A stretch of 64,000 nucleotides of DNA, taken from IMG/VR virus record IMGVR_UViG_3300021142_000004. One strand, 5' to 3'. This DNA comes from a virus. Of the stretch, positions 30,492 through 38,852 are shown in pieces. Both the position numbers and the translations under genes were made by a program. Numbering within the stretch: the stretch's first letter is position 1; every line of letters begins with the position of its first letter. Under the pieces are notes generated by a model. The model did no database searches. It was not told the origin of the DNA and was given only the letters and a program-made list of their open reading frames with translations.

Positions 30492-30666
30492 TTTGTGATT
30501 GTATGTTTTTTAATATATCCTTTCTATAAACTGGTATCAAGGATTTTATTTCTTGAGCATATTTCCTTGCTCTTATTGATGCAGAATGGTTACCTTTTTG
30601 AGTAACTTTAGTTGTTTCAACAGACATTTTTTCTATAAGGTCTTTTATTTTTTGTAATGATTCCAT
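30478..30666 (-). CDS. Hc1-like (histone H1-like) nucleoid protein
   Basis: KGNHSASIRARKYAQEIK resembles the Hc1 core KGNKAAGTRARK. Confidence 0.7.
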   Translation of the reverse strand: MESLQKIKDLIEKMSVETTKVTQKGNHSASIRARKYAQEIKSLIPVYRKDILKNIQSQNASD

Positions 30667-30704
30667 ATAATTACTGTTTTCAATATCAATATACGGAAAA
30701 AAAA

Positions 30705-31157
30705 TTATTTTTTCAAGTTTTGTTCTAAAATTTTATAAACTTCTAATAAAACATCCAATTCAGATCTAGTTTTTACATTGTTTATATTAAATAAATTATT
30801 CAAATAATTATTTATCTTAGTTTCATTTCCTTTAACTTGACATATATAAAATGCCTCAAGAAAGAAAACCCAAAAATATTCATAATGAGTTCCCCTTTCT
30901 CTAAAGAAAATTCTTTCTTTTTCAAAATTATTGATTGTTTTGTCCCAACACCAAGTGAAGTGTATTTTTTCATCCTTATCCTGAATGAATTTAGGACCAA
31001 GGTAAGTTGAATCTATTAACTCATATAATGAAATAAGAAAGTCGTGAAAGAGTTCTAATTTTTCACGACTTATATTATATGTTCTACACCAAACATCAAG
31101 TTGATGTTTGAAATTATCTAATGATATATCGTCTAAGTTTTCTTCTTTATATTCCAT
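30705..31157 (-). CDS. Hypothetical protein
   Basis: 150-aa ORF. Confidence 0.6.
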   Translation of the reverse strand: MEYKEENLDDISLDNFKHQLDVWCRTYNISREKLELFHDFLISLYELIDSTYLGPKFIQDKDEKIHFTWCWDKTINNFEKERIFFRERGTHYEYFWVFFLEAFYICQVKGNETKINNYLNNLFNINNVKTRSELDVLLEVYKILEQNLKK

Positions 31158-31207
31158 AATTCCATAATATTAACAATATAAGAATAAAAGAAAACAAAAA
31201 GAAGATA

Positions 31208-32800
31208 TTATTGAGATTTTTTATTATAAGAATAAAGTTTCTTCATTTTATCTATCTCACTTTCAAGAATAACCTTTTTTTGAATAGATTCTTTAACCAC
31301 TTTTACTGGTTGAACATCTTTTTCATACATTGGTTGGTCTTCAATTTCCTTTTTCTTTCTTTTAGCAACTTTACCTATATTTTCTCCGGTTTTAGTTTTT
31401 ATTGAATTACCATTTTTTTGTGAATTACCCATTGTCGAATCCCCTTCTAACGCTTTTTTAACTCTTTCTTTAAATTGTTCTGATGGTTCATGATCATACT
31501 TTGCATCTTGTAATCCCATACCTCTGTTATCCTCAACATACTCATCTTCTTCTTTATTATTATTGAATTTAACAACTTCTTTTGTATTCTTACCTTTACC
31601 TATATGATGTGGAAATTCAGGATTATCATTACCCTCAAAAGATAAATAATCTTTCATTTTTTTATCAACATCTTTAATGTGTTGATCATTTTCTTTACCA
31701 CTATCATTTCTTGATTTTTTTGCCGCAGTTAAACCTGGTATTGATTCTTTAACAATTTGTTTAATTACCTCAGCAAATTCACTTTCACTTAAACGAATTG
31801 TTCTTTTACCTTCATTTAATGATGGTTCACCCATGATATTAGAAATATCTTTATAGTGTTCTCTTGGTGATTTATGGTAACTTGAGAATTTATCTGTACC
31901 CATTTCATGTTTTTTACCTTTACATTTCTTACATACAGATCCAAATTGGTTTTCACCAGTTCCATGACAATGTGAACATGGTTTTGGAACATTTAATTCC
32001 ATATGTTCAGGATCTTCTTCCTCTGGATATCTTTCATCATCATCTTCAAAATCAATTTGTTCATCCATTTCAAAACTATCTTCTTTTGGCATTTCAAATT
32101 CTTCTTCCATTTCATTTCCCCAACATTCATCACATTCTTCTTCATCAACCTCATCTTGATAAGGATCTCCACCCACATGACCTTCACCACCACAATGTTG
32201 ACAAGTTTCACCACCCTCATCTTGACCAAAACCTTCACAATGTGGACATTCTTCTAACATTTTATCTGAAGATTGTGAATCACCATCTTCTTCATACATT
32301 TGACCATCACCACATTCATCACATTCCTCATCTTCATAAACATCATTCAAGTACATACCATCTGTGGTTTGTTCTTCTTCTTCCATGTTTTTCCAACACT
32401 CATCAACATCATAAATGTTTTCATTAATCTTAACTCTTTTAAGACCTTTATTTTTTGCAAATGCAATTGCTTCTTTAATTGTTTTTATTTTTGGTTGTTC
32501 CATATTTTGATTTGTATTTTCTTCTAATTTATCACACATTTCATCCAATTTATCTAACATATCCTCATGTGAATCATAATCACCCTTTTCAATAATAAAT
32601 TGTTTGCCAGGATGTTCTTTCTTCCATTTATCTAAATGTTCACTAGCTTCATCTTCTGAATTAAATGTTTCGACAGGTTCACCATCACACATAATGTGAT
32701 AATATTCTTTTTTATCTTCTTCCATTTCAGAAATTATTCTTTTTCTAACTTCAGTTGAAATAATATTTTCTAAAATCGTATTTAATTGATTTGTTTTCAT
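31208..32800 (-). CDS. Acidic head-associated/scaffold-like protein with DnaJ-type CxxCxGxG zinc fingers
   Basis: CPHCEGFG/CQHCGGEG, CSHCHGTG/CKKCKG, EEECDEC repeats, IRLSESEFAEVIKQIVKE. Likely start 32800. Confidence 0.6.
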   Translation of the reverse strand: MKTNQLNTILENIISTEVRKRIISEMEEDKKEYYHIMCDGEPVETFNSEDEASEHLDKWKKEHPGKQFIIEKGDYDSHEDMLDKLDEMCDKLEENTNQNMEQPKIKTIKEAIAFAKNKGLKRVKINENIYDVDECWKNMEEEEQTTDGMYLNDVYEDEECDECGDGQMYEEDGDSQSSDKMLEECPHCEGFGQDEGGETCQHCGGEGHVGGDPYQDEVDEEECDECWGNEMEEEFEMPKEDSFEMDEQIDFEDDDERYPEEEDPEHMELNVPKPCSHCHGTGENQFGSVCKKCKGKKHEMGTDKFSSYHKSPREHYKDISNIMGEPSLNEGKRTIRLSESEFAEVIKQIVKESIPGLTAAKKSRNDSGKENDQHIKDVDKKMKDYLSFEGNDNPEFPHHIGKGKNTKEVVKFNNNKEEDEYVEDNRGMGLQDAKYDHEPSEQFKERVKKALEGDSTMGNSQKNGNSIKTKTGENIGKVAKRKKKEIEDQPMYEKDVQPVKVVKESIQKKVILESEIDKMKKLYSYNKKSQ

Positions 32801-32801
32801 A

Positions 32802-33557
32802 TTATATAAATATACGTTTAATTTCATTTAATACGATTTTTTCCACTTCTGATGTTGGTATTCCCAAACTTTTTGAAGTTTCTAGTATTGCTTCACGTAA
32901 TGGTTCAATCGCATTAATATCTCCTTGATTACAATAAGGAAATTTTTTACATTTATCTTTTACTTTAACAAACACACCACCAGGTCCACCGAACTTAGGA
33001 AAATTCTTATCCTTAACCGCTCTTGAATTTCCAATTGACTTTACACCATCAATTGCCAAAGGATCTTTACGACCACCTTTAGATGTTTTACCAAATGCTG
33101 GAACAGTATAAGCACCTGATGAACTGGCATCTGTTACTTCATCAATATCTTGTTGTGGTTTTGAATTGTTAATTGTGGTAATTTTTCTTTTAATAGGACT
33201 TCCACTCAATGCACCTGAATATGATCCTGATGAACTTGCAGTTGTTTGTTCTTTAGTTTCTTTTTGTTTCATTTTTTCTTCATGTATATTTATCCCCATA
33301 AGTTTATTATAATAATTCGTTTCATCATTTGGTGATATATAATTAATAGTTTGTTCTTTTTGTTCTAACTTATTATTTAGTTTATCTATATAATTTTTAG
33401 CATATTGAATAGCACGTTCTGATGAATTCATTGGTCCTTTAACAGCTATCACATATTCACCATTAGAATTATCACCTTTATATACTGCACATAACCAACC
33501 TTTTGTAATTTGTTTAATTTCACAAAAAAAACCTTTATATTTAAAACTTTTATCCAT
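32802..33557 (-). CDS. Hypothetical protein with repeated ExTxASSSGxY motif
   Basis: 251-aa ORF; CKKFPYC. Confidence 0.6.
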   Translation of the reverse strand: MDKSFKYKGFFCEIKQITKGWLCAVYKGDNSNGEYVIAVKGPMNSSERAIQYAKNYIDKLNNKLEQKEQTINYISPNDETNYYNKLMGINIHEEKMKQKETKEQTTASSSGSYSGALSGSPIKRKITTINNSKPQQDIDEVTDASSSGAYTVPAFGKTSKGGRKDPLAIDGVKSIGNSRAVKDKNFPKFGGPGGVFVKVKDKCKKFPYCNQGDINAIEPLREAILETSKSLGIPTSEVEKIVLNEIKRIFI

Positions 33558-33796
33558 TATCTAACATTCTTTAACGCACCTTCCCAAAATGACTTTCTTT
33601 GCCATAATGTTTTAAATAATTCAACAACCACTTTGGTGGAAAGATCAATTATTTTATCATCAATTTTTTTTGTACCCAATTCATCTTGAATGATTTTAAC
33701 AACAATTCTATGAGCATCAGTAGAATCCAAAAAAGATTTTATTTCTTTCTTGGATATTCTTTCAATTTCTTTTTTATCTTGGTCCGTTAATGCCAT
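33557..33796 (-). CDS. Hypothetical protein
   Basis: 79-aa ORF, coupled. Confidence 0.6.
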   Translation of the reverse strand: MALTDQDKKEIERISKKEIKSFLDSTDAHRIVVKIIQDELGTKKIDDKIIDLSTKVVVELFKTLWQRKSFWEGALKNVR

Positions 33797-34308
33797 TATA
33801 TATTATTTTTTCTTTCAGTAATTAATGGATTCATTGCATCTTGATATACTGTTAAAAATTTACTTAATTTTGTTATTAAATCAAGTTGTTCTTGTTCAAG
33901 TTTAAACATTTCCGCATTTAAATAAAGACCATCATTTTGACCCGTAATTAAAACAAATTTTAAATCATCAATATGTCCATCTAATCTAATTTGTTCGGTA
34001 GAAATTACCATACCGGGTTCAAATTCTGTTAACTGAGATACTTGTGCTTTAAAATTATCTATTAATTGTGATATTTTATTTTTTTGATCATCAGTTAATT
34101 TCATATCTGATGGGTCATTTGAATTTAACTTAACCTCAACGTCATTAATAACAGTAACATCATTTTGTTCGTTATCTGAAGATTGTTGTTCAGGTGTGTT
34201 TTCGATTTGTTCTCTAAGTATATTTGATGATTGTTTACTTTCATTAAGTCTTCTTAATGTGTTTAACATTTTTTTGGTCTCATCATAACCTATGTATTTA
34301 CTTTTCAT
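33796..34308 (-). CDS. Hypothetical protein
   Basis: 170-aa ORF. Confidence 0.6.
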   Translation of the reverse strand: MKSKYIGYDETKKMLNTLRRLNESKQSSNILREQIENTPEQQSSDNEQNDVTVINDVEVKLNSNDPSDMKLTDDQKNKISQLIDNFKAQVSQLTEFEPGMVISTEQIRLDGHIDDLKFVLITGQNDGLYLNAEMFKLEQEQLDLITKLSKFLTVYQDAMNPLITERKNNI

Positions 34309-34897
34309 TGTTAAAAAATATTCTAAAATTAAACGAAGGGTTTATATCTGTATAAATATCTGAGAAATTTGATTTACATACAATTCCTTTAAAATTAGAT
34401 GCATTTTTAAAATATCCTTGGGAGGGAACAACCTGTTTGAAGATATTATGTTTTTCACATAATTCATTTGTCAATAAAGAAATGGAATTTAATTGTTCTT
34501 CTGTGTACTTATCCCACCAATAATGATTTCTCCAATTTTTTAATAATGGTGTTAATCTATAAGGGTCACCTATCCAATTATAATGTACACCGGTAATCGT
34601 ATTTTTCTCTAACCAACCCAAATTTTCTACAGCAATCTTTATTATTCGTCTATCTTTTATAGGATCGTTAAAAGTATTGGAACTATAATTTGTGTCAAAT
34701 ATTTTAAATATTTCACCACTCTTAGAAACAACAAAATGGGGAGCACTTTCGTACTTCCCATTTCTCCTATATTTTATCATTTTAATAAAATCTTCCGTTC
34801 TCCTATTAGTGTCGTATAATAATATTTGTGTTTTTTTATATTTCTTCTTAACTACATTTATATTATCTAATATTTCTACGTTGTGAATCACTAACAT
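34298..34897 (-). CDS. N-acetylmuramoyl-L-alanine amidase-like protein (degenerate Zn site)
   Basis: APHFVVSKSGEIF, IAVEN, YTEEQL and TDINP fit the Amidase_2 fold; expected His ligands appear replaced. Confidence 0.6.
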   Translation of the reverse strand: MLVIHNVEILDNINVVKKKYKKTQILLYDTNRRTEDFIKMIKYRRNGKYESAPHFVVSKSGEIFKIFDTNYSSNTFNDPIKDRRIIKIAVENLGWLEKNTITGVHYNWIGDPYRLTPLLKNWRNHYWWDKYTEEQLNSISLLTNELCEKHNIFKQVVPSQGYFKNASNFKGIVCKSNFSDIYTDINPSFNFRIFFNNEK

Positions 34898-35081
34898 GTC
34901 GTGATATTAATTTTTTCCCACTTGGGGTTCTTATGCTATCGTAGGAAATGTTTCTACCAGGTCCATGTGTGTAATAAAGTTGAAAGTTAGTACCTTCATT
35001 CGGTGTTTTTTTTATATTCTCTTCAACAACAGGTTCATCTACCACTTCTTCTATAACTGGTTCAACTATTTCCTCGATTAC
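34863..35081 (-). CDS. -1 frame extension of the 35078-36463 membrane protein
   Basis: VIEEIVEPVIEEVVDEPVVEE... opens directly at the A10G run in the -1 frame. Confidence 0.55.
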   Translation of the reverse strand, partial: VIEEIVEPVIEEVVDEPVVEENIKKTPNEGTNFQLYYTHGPGRNISYDSIRTPSGKKLISRHVSDSQRRNIR

Positions 35082-36463
35082 TTTTTTTTTTCTTCAGGTT
35101 CTTCCTGAATTGGTTCTTCAATTGTTTCAACTTTTGAAACTTCTTCAATAGGTGTATCAATAACTTGTTCTTCCACTTCTTCCGGTGTTGCAAATGATTC
35201 TGTTACCGTTTCATTTTTCCAATCTTCAAATTGACCCTTATAATCCTCTTGTTGGAAATTATTTTCCATTTTAGGTTTTATAATGGAAAAATTTGTATCA
35301 TTCAGTTCTTCTGGTGGTGTTATAGTGGAAAAATTTTGTTCTTCTTCTTCCTTTGTTGGGATATACTCATCATCATTATTTTCCTCAAAATTAGATAAAT
35401 TATGACCATTATAGTTTTCATATTCATCTTGATTCATTTCCTCTACTTCTTCATCACTTACAGCAGGATAAACTTCTCTTGACTTTGGTGGAGTATATGT
35501 ATCTTTAGGTAAATTTGTCTCACCATCAGGTTTAATTTCCCCATAAACTTTAATTTTATGATCATCATTAGATTTAACGATATCTTCCCTATTAATATAT
35601 TGTTTTTTACTTAATATTGATTCAATGTTATTTAATTCGTTTTCATTTGGTTTTAATCTATCAGATTCAGAAATTACATTTTTAATATCATCAACATCAA
35701 TATCCACTTTTTCATCTTCTTTTGGATCATTCTCACCCATAACCAATTGATTGAATGCAATGATTAAAGCAAGTGCCAAAGGGTCAAATACAATAACAAT
35801 TAATATAATAAAGAATTTAACCACACTATTAAGTTCAACACCAAATGCTTCAGCAACAAATCTAAAACCACCTACTTCTCTTTCAATTCCGATATTGTTA
35901 TTTTTAACATCATTAATTTTAGAATTATAAACAACAGAACTATCTTGTAATGAACTAATTTTATTACGAATTAAAGAGGCTTCTTTATCTCTATTATCAA
36001 CAGATCTTAATAAACTTCTATTAACCTTACCATTTTCAATAATTTTACCTTGATTTGATTCAAGGTTATTTAATTGATTGGTCAACATATTAATCTGAGT
36101 TTCATTTGATTTAATCTTATTATCCCAAACAGATACTTCTCTTTTAACTTGCTCCAATTTAATATTTTGTTGTTGGAACGCATTTGACAAATAACCAAAT
36201 ATACCCGCAGATGTGATAACCATAAGAATACCAACCGCACTAGTCAAATACCATTTATTAAAACCACGAACAGTATCCCATGATTGTTTAAGATATGTCG
36301 CTGTAGTTAATTTTGCAAATTCTAACGAACCTGCCATTATCATCACAGCAGTAGATGCACCACTAAAAAGTACACCTAAACCTGTCACCGAGAAAAATGC
36401 GGCACTACCCGCAATTAAAAATGCAGATATTGCCACCATTGCTTTTAACCAATTCTTTTTCAT
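35078..36463 (-). CDS. Membrane protein (3 TM, coiled coil, TM) with acidic tail
   Basis: Hydrophobic N-terminal helices, IVFDPLA motif, E/P-rich C-terminus. Confidence 0.75.
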   Translation of the reverse strand: MKKNWLKAMVAISAFLIAGSAAFFSVTGLGVLFSGASTAVMIMAGSLEFAKLTTATYLKQSWDTVRGFNKWYLTSAVGILMVITSAGIFGYLSNAFQQQNIKLEQVKREVSVWDNKIKSNETQINMLTNQLNNLESNQGKIIENGKVNRSLLRSVDNRDKEASLIRNKISSLQDSSVVYNSKINDVKNNNIGIEREVGGFRFVAEAFGVELNSVVKFFIILIVIVFDPLALALIIAFNQLVMGENDPKEDEKVDIDVDDIKNVISESDRLKPNENELNNIESILSKKQYINREDIVKSNDDHKIKVYGEIKPDGETNLPKDTYTPPKSREVYPAVSDEEVEEMNQDEYENYNGHNLSNFEENNDDEYIPTKEEEEQNFSTITPPEELNDTNFSIIKPKMENNFQQEDYKGQFEDWKNETVTESFATPEEVEEQVIDTPIEEVSKVETIEEPIQEEPEEKKK

Positions 36464-36464
36464 A

Positions 36465-37283
36465 TTAATCTTGATAATTTAATAAAACAAAACTTTCGTT
36501 TCTTAATTTCTTTATAGACTTATCTCTAAGTTGTCTAACCCTTTCCTTAGTACAACCAAATTCTTCACCCAAATCATCCAAATTCGATTCATACCCACAT
36601 AACCCATAATATTTCTCAATTATTACCTTTTCTCTATCATCCAAAACAGATAATAACATATTAACCCTCTTTTTTATTTCTTCTGGTGAATTAAATAAAT
36701 CATCAGGACTTTTAATGTCATTATTTGGTATCAAATCAATTATCTGATCTCCATCCTCATTTATTGGGTCAAATAATCCAACACAATAAGGTAAATCAAT
36801 TGAACCTGATTCCTCTGTTGGGTTAATCTTTGTATCGTCACCTCTTTCTTCTTGTCTTTTCTTCTTTTGTGAATCTTGAATCACATTTGTTGGGAGTCTT
36901 ATTGTTCTTGAATGGTCATTCAATGCGGCAATAATTGATTGTCTAACCCACCAAACTGCATATGATATAAATTTTAAACCACTTGTAGGGTCAAATTTCT
37001 CCGCTGCCTTAATTAGTCCTATATTACCTTCAGATATTAAATCCAAAATTTCAAGACCTTGACTTTGATATGATTTTGCAACTGATATAACAAAACGTAA
37101 ACAACCAGTCACCAATTCATTCTGTAACTTTTCTTTACGTTCTTTACTAATGTTAGTTGTTCTTAATTCTTTAAAGATTTCTTCTTCTCTTTCTAATGTT
37201 AAGAGTGGATACTGACGAATATCTTTCATGTATTGTTTTACTTCGTCTGTGTGATTTAAAATCAAGCTTATGCTACGTGTCAT
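36465..37283 (-). CDS. RNA polymerase sigma-70 family factor, Bacteroidota RpoD-like
   Basis: LRFVISVAKSYQ..DLISEGNIGLIKAAEKFD..KFISYAVWWVRQSI; region 4 TKERVRQ. Confidence 0.93.
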   Translation of the reverse strand: MTRSISLILNHTDEVKQYMKDIRQYPLLTLEREEEIFKELRTTNISKERKEKLQNELVTGCLRFVISVAKSYQSQGLEILDLISEGNIGLIKAAEKFDPTSGLKFISYAVWWVRQSIIAALNDHSRTIRLPTNVIQDSQKKKRQEERGDDTKINPTEESGSIDLPYCVGLFDPINEDGDQIIDLIPNNDIKSPDDLFNSPEEIKKRVNMLLSVLDDREKVIIEKYYGLCGYESNLDDLGEEFGCTKERVRQLRDKSIKKLRNESFVLLNYQD

Positions 37284-37302
37284 ATAAAATAGTTATTTAA
37301 TA

Positions 37303-37333
37303 CAAATATAGTAAAAAAATCCAATAAAACAAA
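37303..37333 (-). promoter_or_regulatory. Bacteroidota housekeeping promoter TTTG-N19-TATATTTG
   Basis: Exact -33/-7 consensus with a 19-nt spacer upstream of the sigma gene. Confidence 0.7.
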
Positions 37334-37370
37334 TCTATTTTATTGGTATGTGTAGTGATAAAAGAATGGT

Positions 37371-37820
37371 TTAGTGTCTAATAATTAAAATTAATGTAAG
37401 TATTAAAATGATTCCACCTGAAAAAATTGATGTAAATTTATTTTTTGTTTGTTGTACACCCAAATTGAATTCGAGATTTTTAACTCTATTTTCTGATAAA
37501 TTATTTTCAATTTTTTCTTGATTAATTATGGAATCATAATTAACTTCTTTAATTTTCATTTTATTTATAATACTATCTTTTAAAGATAATTCATTATAAA
37601 CCTCCATTAATTCTTCATTGGTTTTTTCAAGATTTTCTTTACAAGAATCAAATCTTAATAAATCTTGGGTTATTTTTTTAACTATTGGAATAGGAAAAAA
37701 TTTATAATGTGTGGTATCTTTTTTAGTGTTGTGGGATGTATCCGTAACGGATTGTGAAAAAACTGTCGAGTTGATCGTCAGTATAATTATTAACATCATT
37801 AATCTTTTCATGATAAACAT
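37371..37820 (-). CDS. Exported coiled-coil protein with C-terminal TM (spanin-like?)
   Basis: Signal-like N-terminus and C-terminal hydrophobic helix; overlaps the upstream gene. Confidence 0.5.
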   Translation of the reverse strand: MFIMKRLMMLIIILTINSTVFSQSVTDTSHNTKKDTTHYKFFPIPIVKKITQDLLRFDSCKENLEKTNEELMEVYNELSLKDSIINKMKIKEVNYDSIINQEKIENNLSENRVKNLEFNLGVQQTKNKFTSIFSGGIILILTLILIIRH

Positions 37821-38094
37821 TATTTATTGTTGTTTTTTCAATTTTTATTTTATTTATGTTTGAATCAATTTTATTAATTTCAACATTATAATGCGTAATA
37901 TTACTATCTAATTTTTTCTGTTTAACTTCAATCCTATTAATAGACTCATTTATTGAGTCTATTTTTTGATAAAATTCTGGATCTCTATTTTTTCCACTTA
38001 TATAATTAAAAATAAAATAGGAGATAATACAGATTATTATTAGTGAAAATATAAATTTATAATATTTTGTAAAAAAATTAAAAATAAGTGACAT
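37723..38094 (-). CDS. N-terminal TM coiled-coil protein (i-spanin-like?)
   Basis: TM helix followed by heptad repeats. Confidence 0.5.
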   Translation of the reverse strand: MSLIFNFFTKYYKFIFSLIIICIISYFIFNYISGKNRDPEFYQKIDSINESINRIEVKQKKLDSNITHYNVEINKIDSNINKIKIEKTTINNVYHEKINDVNNYTDDQLDSFFTIRYGYIPQH

Positions 38095-38131
38095 AATATT
38101 GTTTTAAAATAAATATGTCACTTATCTAAAA

Positions 38132-38806
38132 TTATCTTTTCTTGGTTATAATTTCATCAATTATACCATATTCAAGAGCGTCTTGTGATGATAACCATAG
38201 GTCTCTTGATGTATCACTCTTAACTTGTTCTGCAGTCTTACCACAATACGAACCAAGTAATTCAAATAGGGAATCATTTAATTTCTCCCACTCAATCATA
38301 TCAATTTTTGCGTCTTGGATATTACCTCTAAAACCACCACTTGATTGGTGTAACATTGTTCTTGAAAATCTCAAAGAACTTCTTTTTCCTTTAGTACCAG
38401 CACCCAATAGAATTGAACCCATAGATGCTGCCATACCTGTGTTAATCGTTCTAATGTCAGAGATAATGTAATCCATAACATCTACCATCGAAAGACCTGA
38501 TTTCACAGATCCACCGGGACTATCAATGTGCATGGTAATATCGTTTGTATCGACACTATCAAGGAACATCAATTGTGCTTGTGTTATTACCGACATATTG
38601 TCATTAACTTCACCAGCAACCCATATAATTCTTTCCATCATCAAACGAGAAAACACATCAAGTTGTGCAATGTTCAATTGACGTTCCTCAATTACATAAG
38701 GAGTAAGACTATTCTCAACTTGTTTGTTGTAATAGTGTAAATTCAAGGAACTAATTCCTTTGTCTTTGGCAAATAAACCAAAATTCTTGTAATCCGTTGG
38801 ACTCAT
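38132..38806 (-). CDS. clpP: ATP-dependent Clp protease proteolytic subunit
   Basis: DVFSRLMMERII, IDSPGGSV, GMAASMGS (Ser), MLHQ (His), RDLWLS..ALEYGIID. Confidence 0.95.
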   Translation of the reverse strand: MSPTDYKNFGLFAKDKGISSLNLHYYNKQVENSLTPYVIEERQLNIAQLDVFSRLMMERIIWVAGEVNDNMSVITQAQLMFLDSVDTNDITMHIDSPGGSVKSGLSMVDVMDYIISDIRTINTGMAASMGSILLGAGTKGKRSSLRFSRTMLHQSSGGFRGNIQDAKIDMIEWEKLNDSLFELLGSYCGKTAEQVKSDTSRDLWLSSQDALEYGIIDEIITKKR

Positions 38807-38828
38807 AATTATTTATTTTTTTGTGTTG

Positions 38829-38836
38829 CAAATATA
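38829..38836 (-). promoter_or_regulatory. Bacteroidota-type -7 element TATATTTG upstream of clpP
   Basis: TAnnTTTG match ~23 nt before the ATG. Confidence 0.55.
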
Positions 38837-38852
38837 TGGTAAACTTTTTAAA

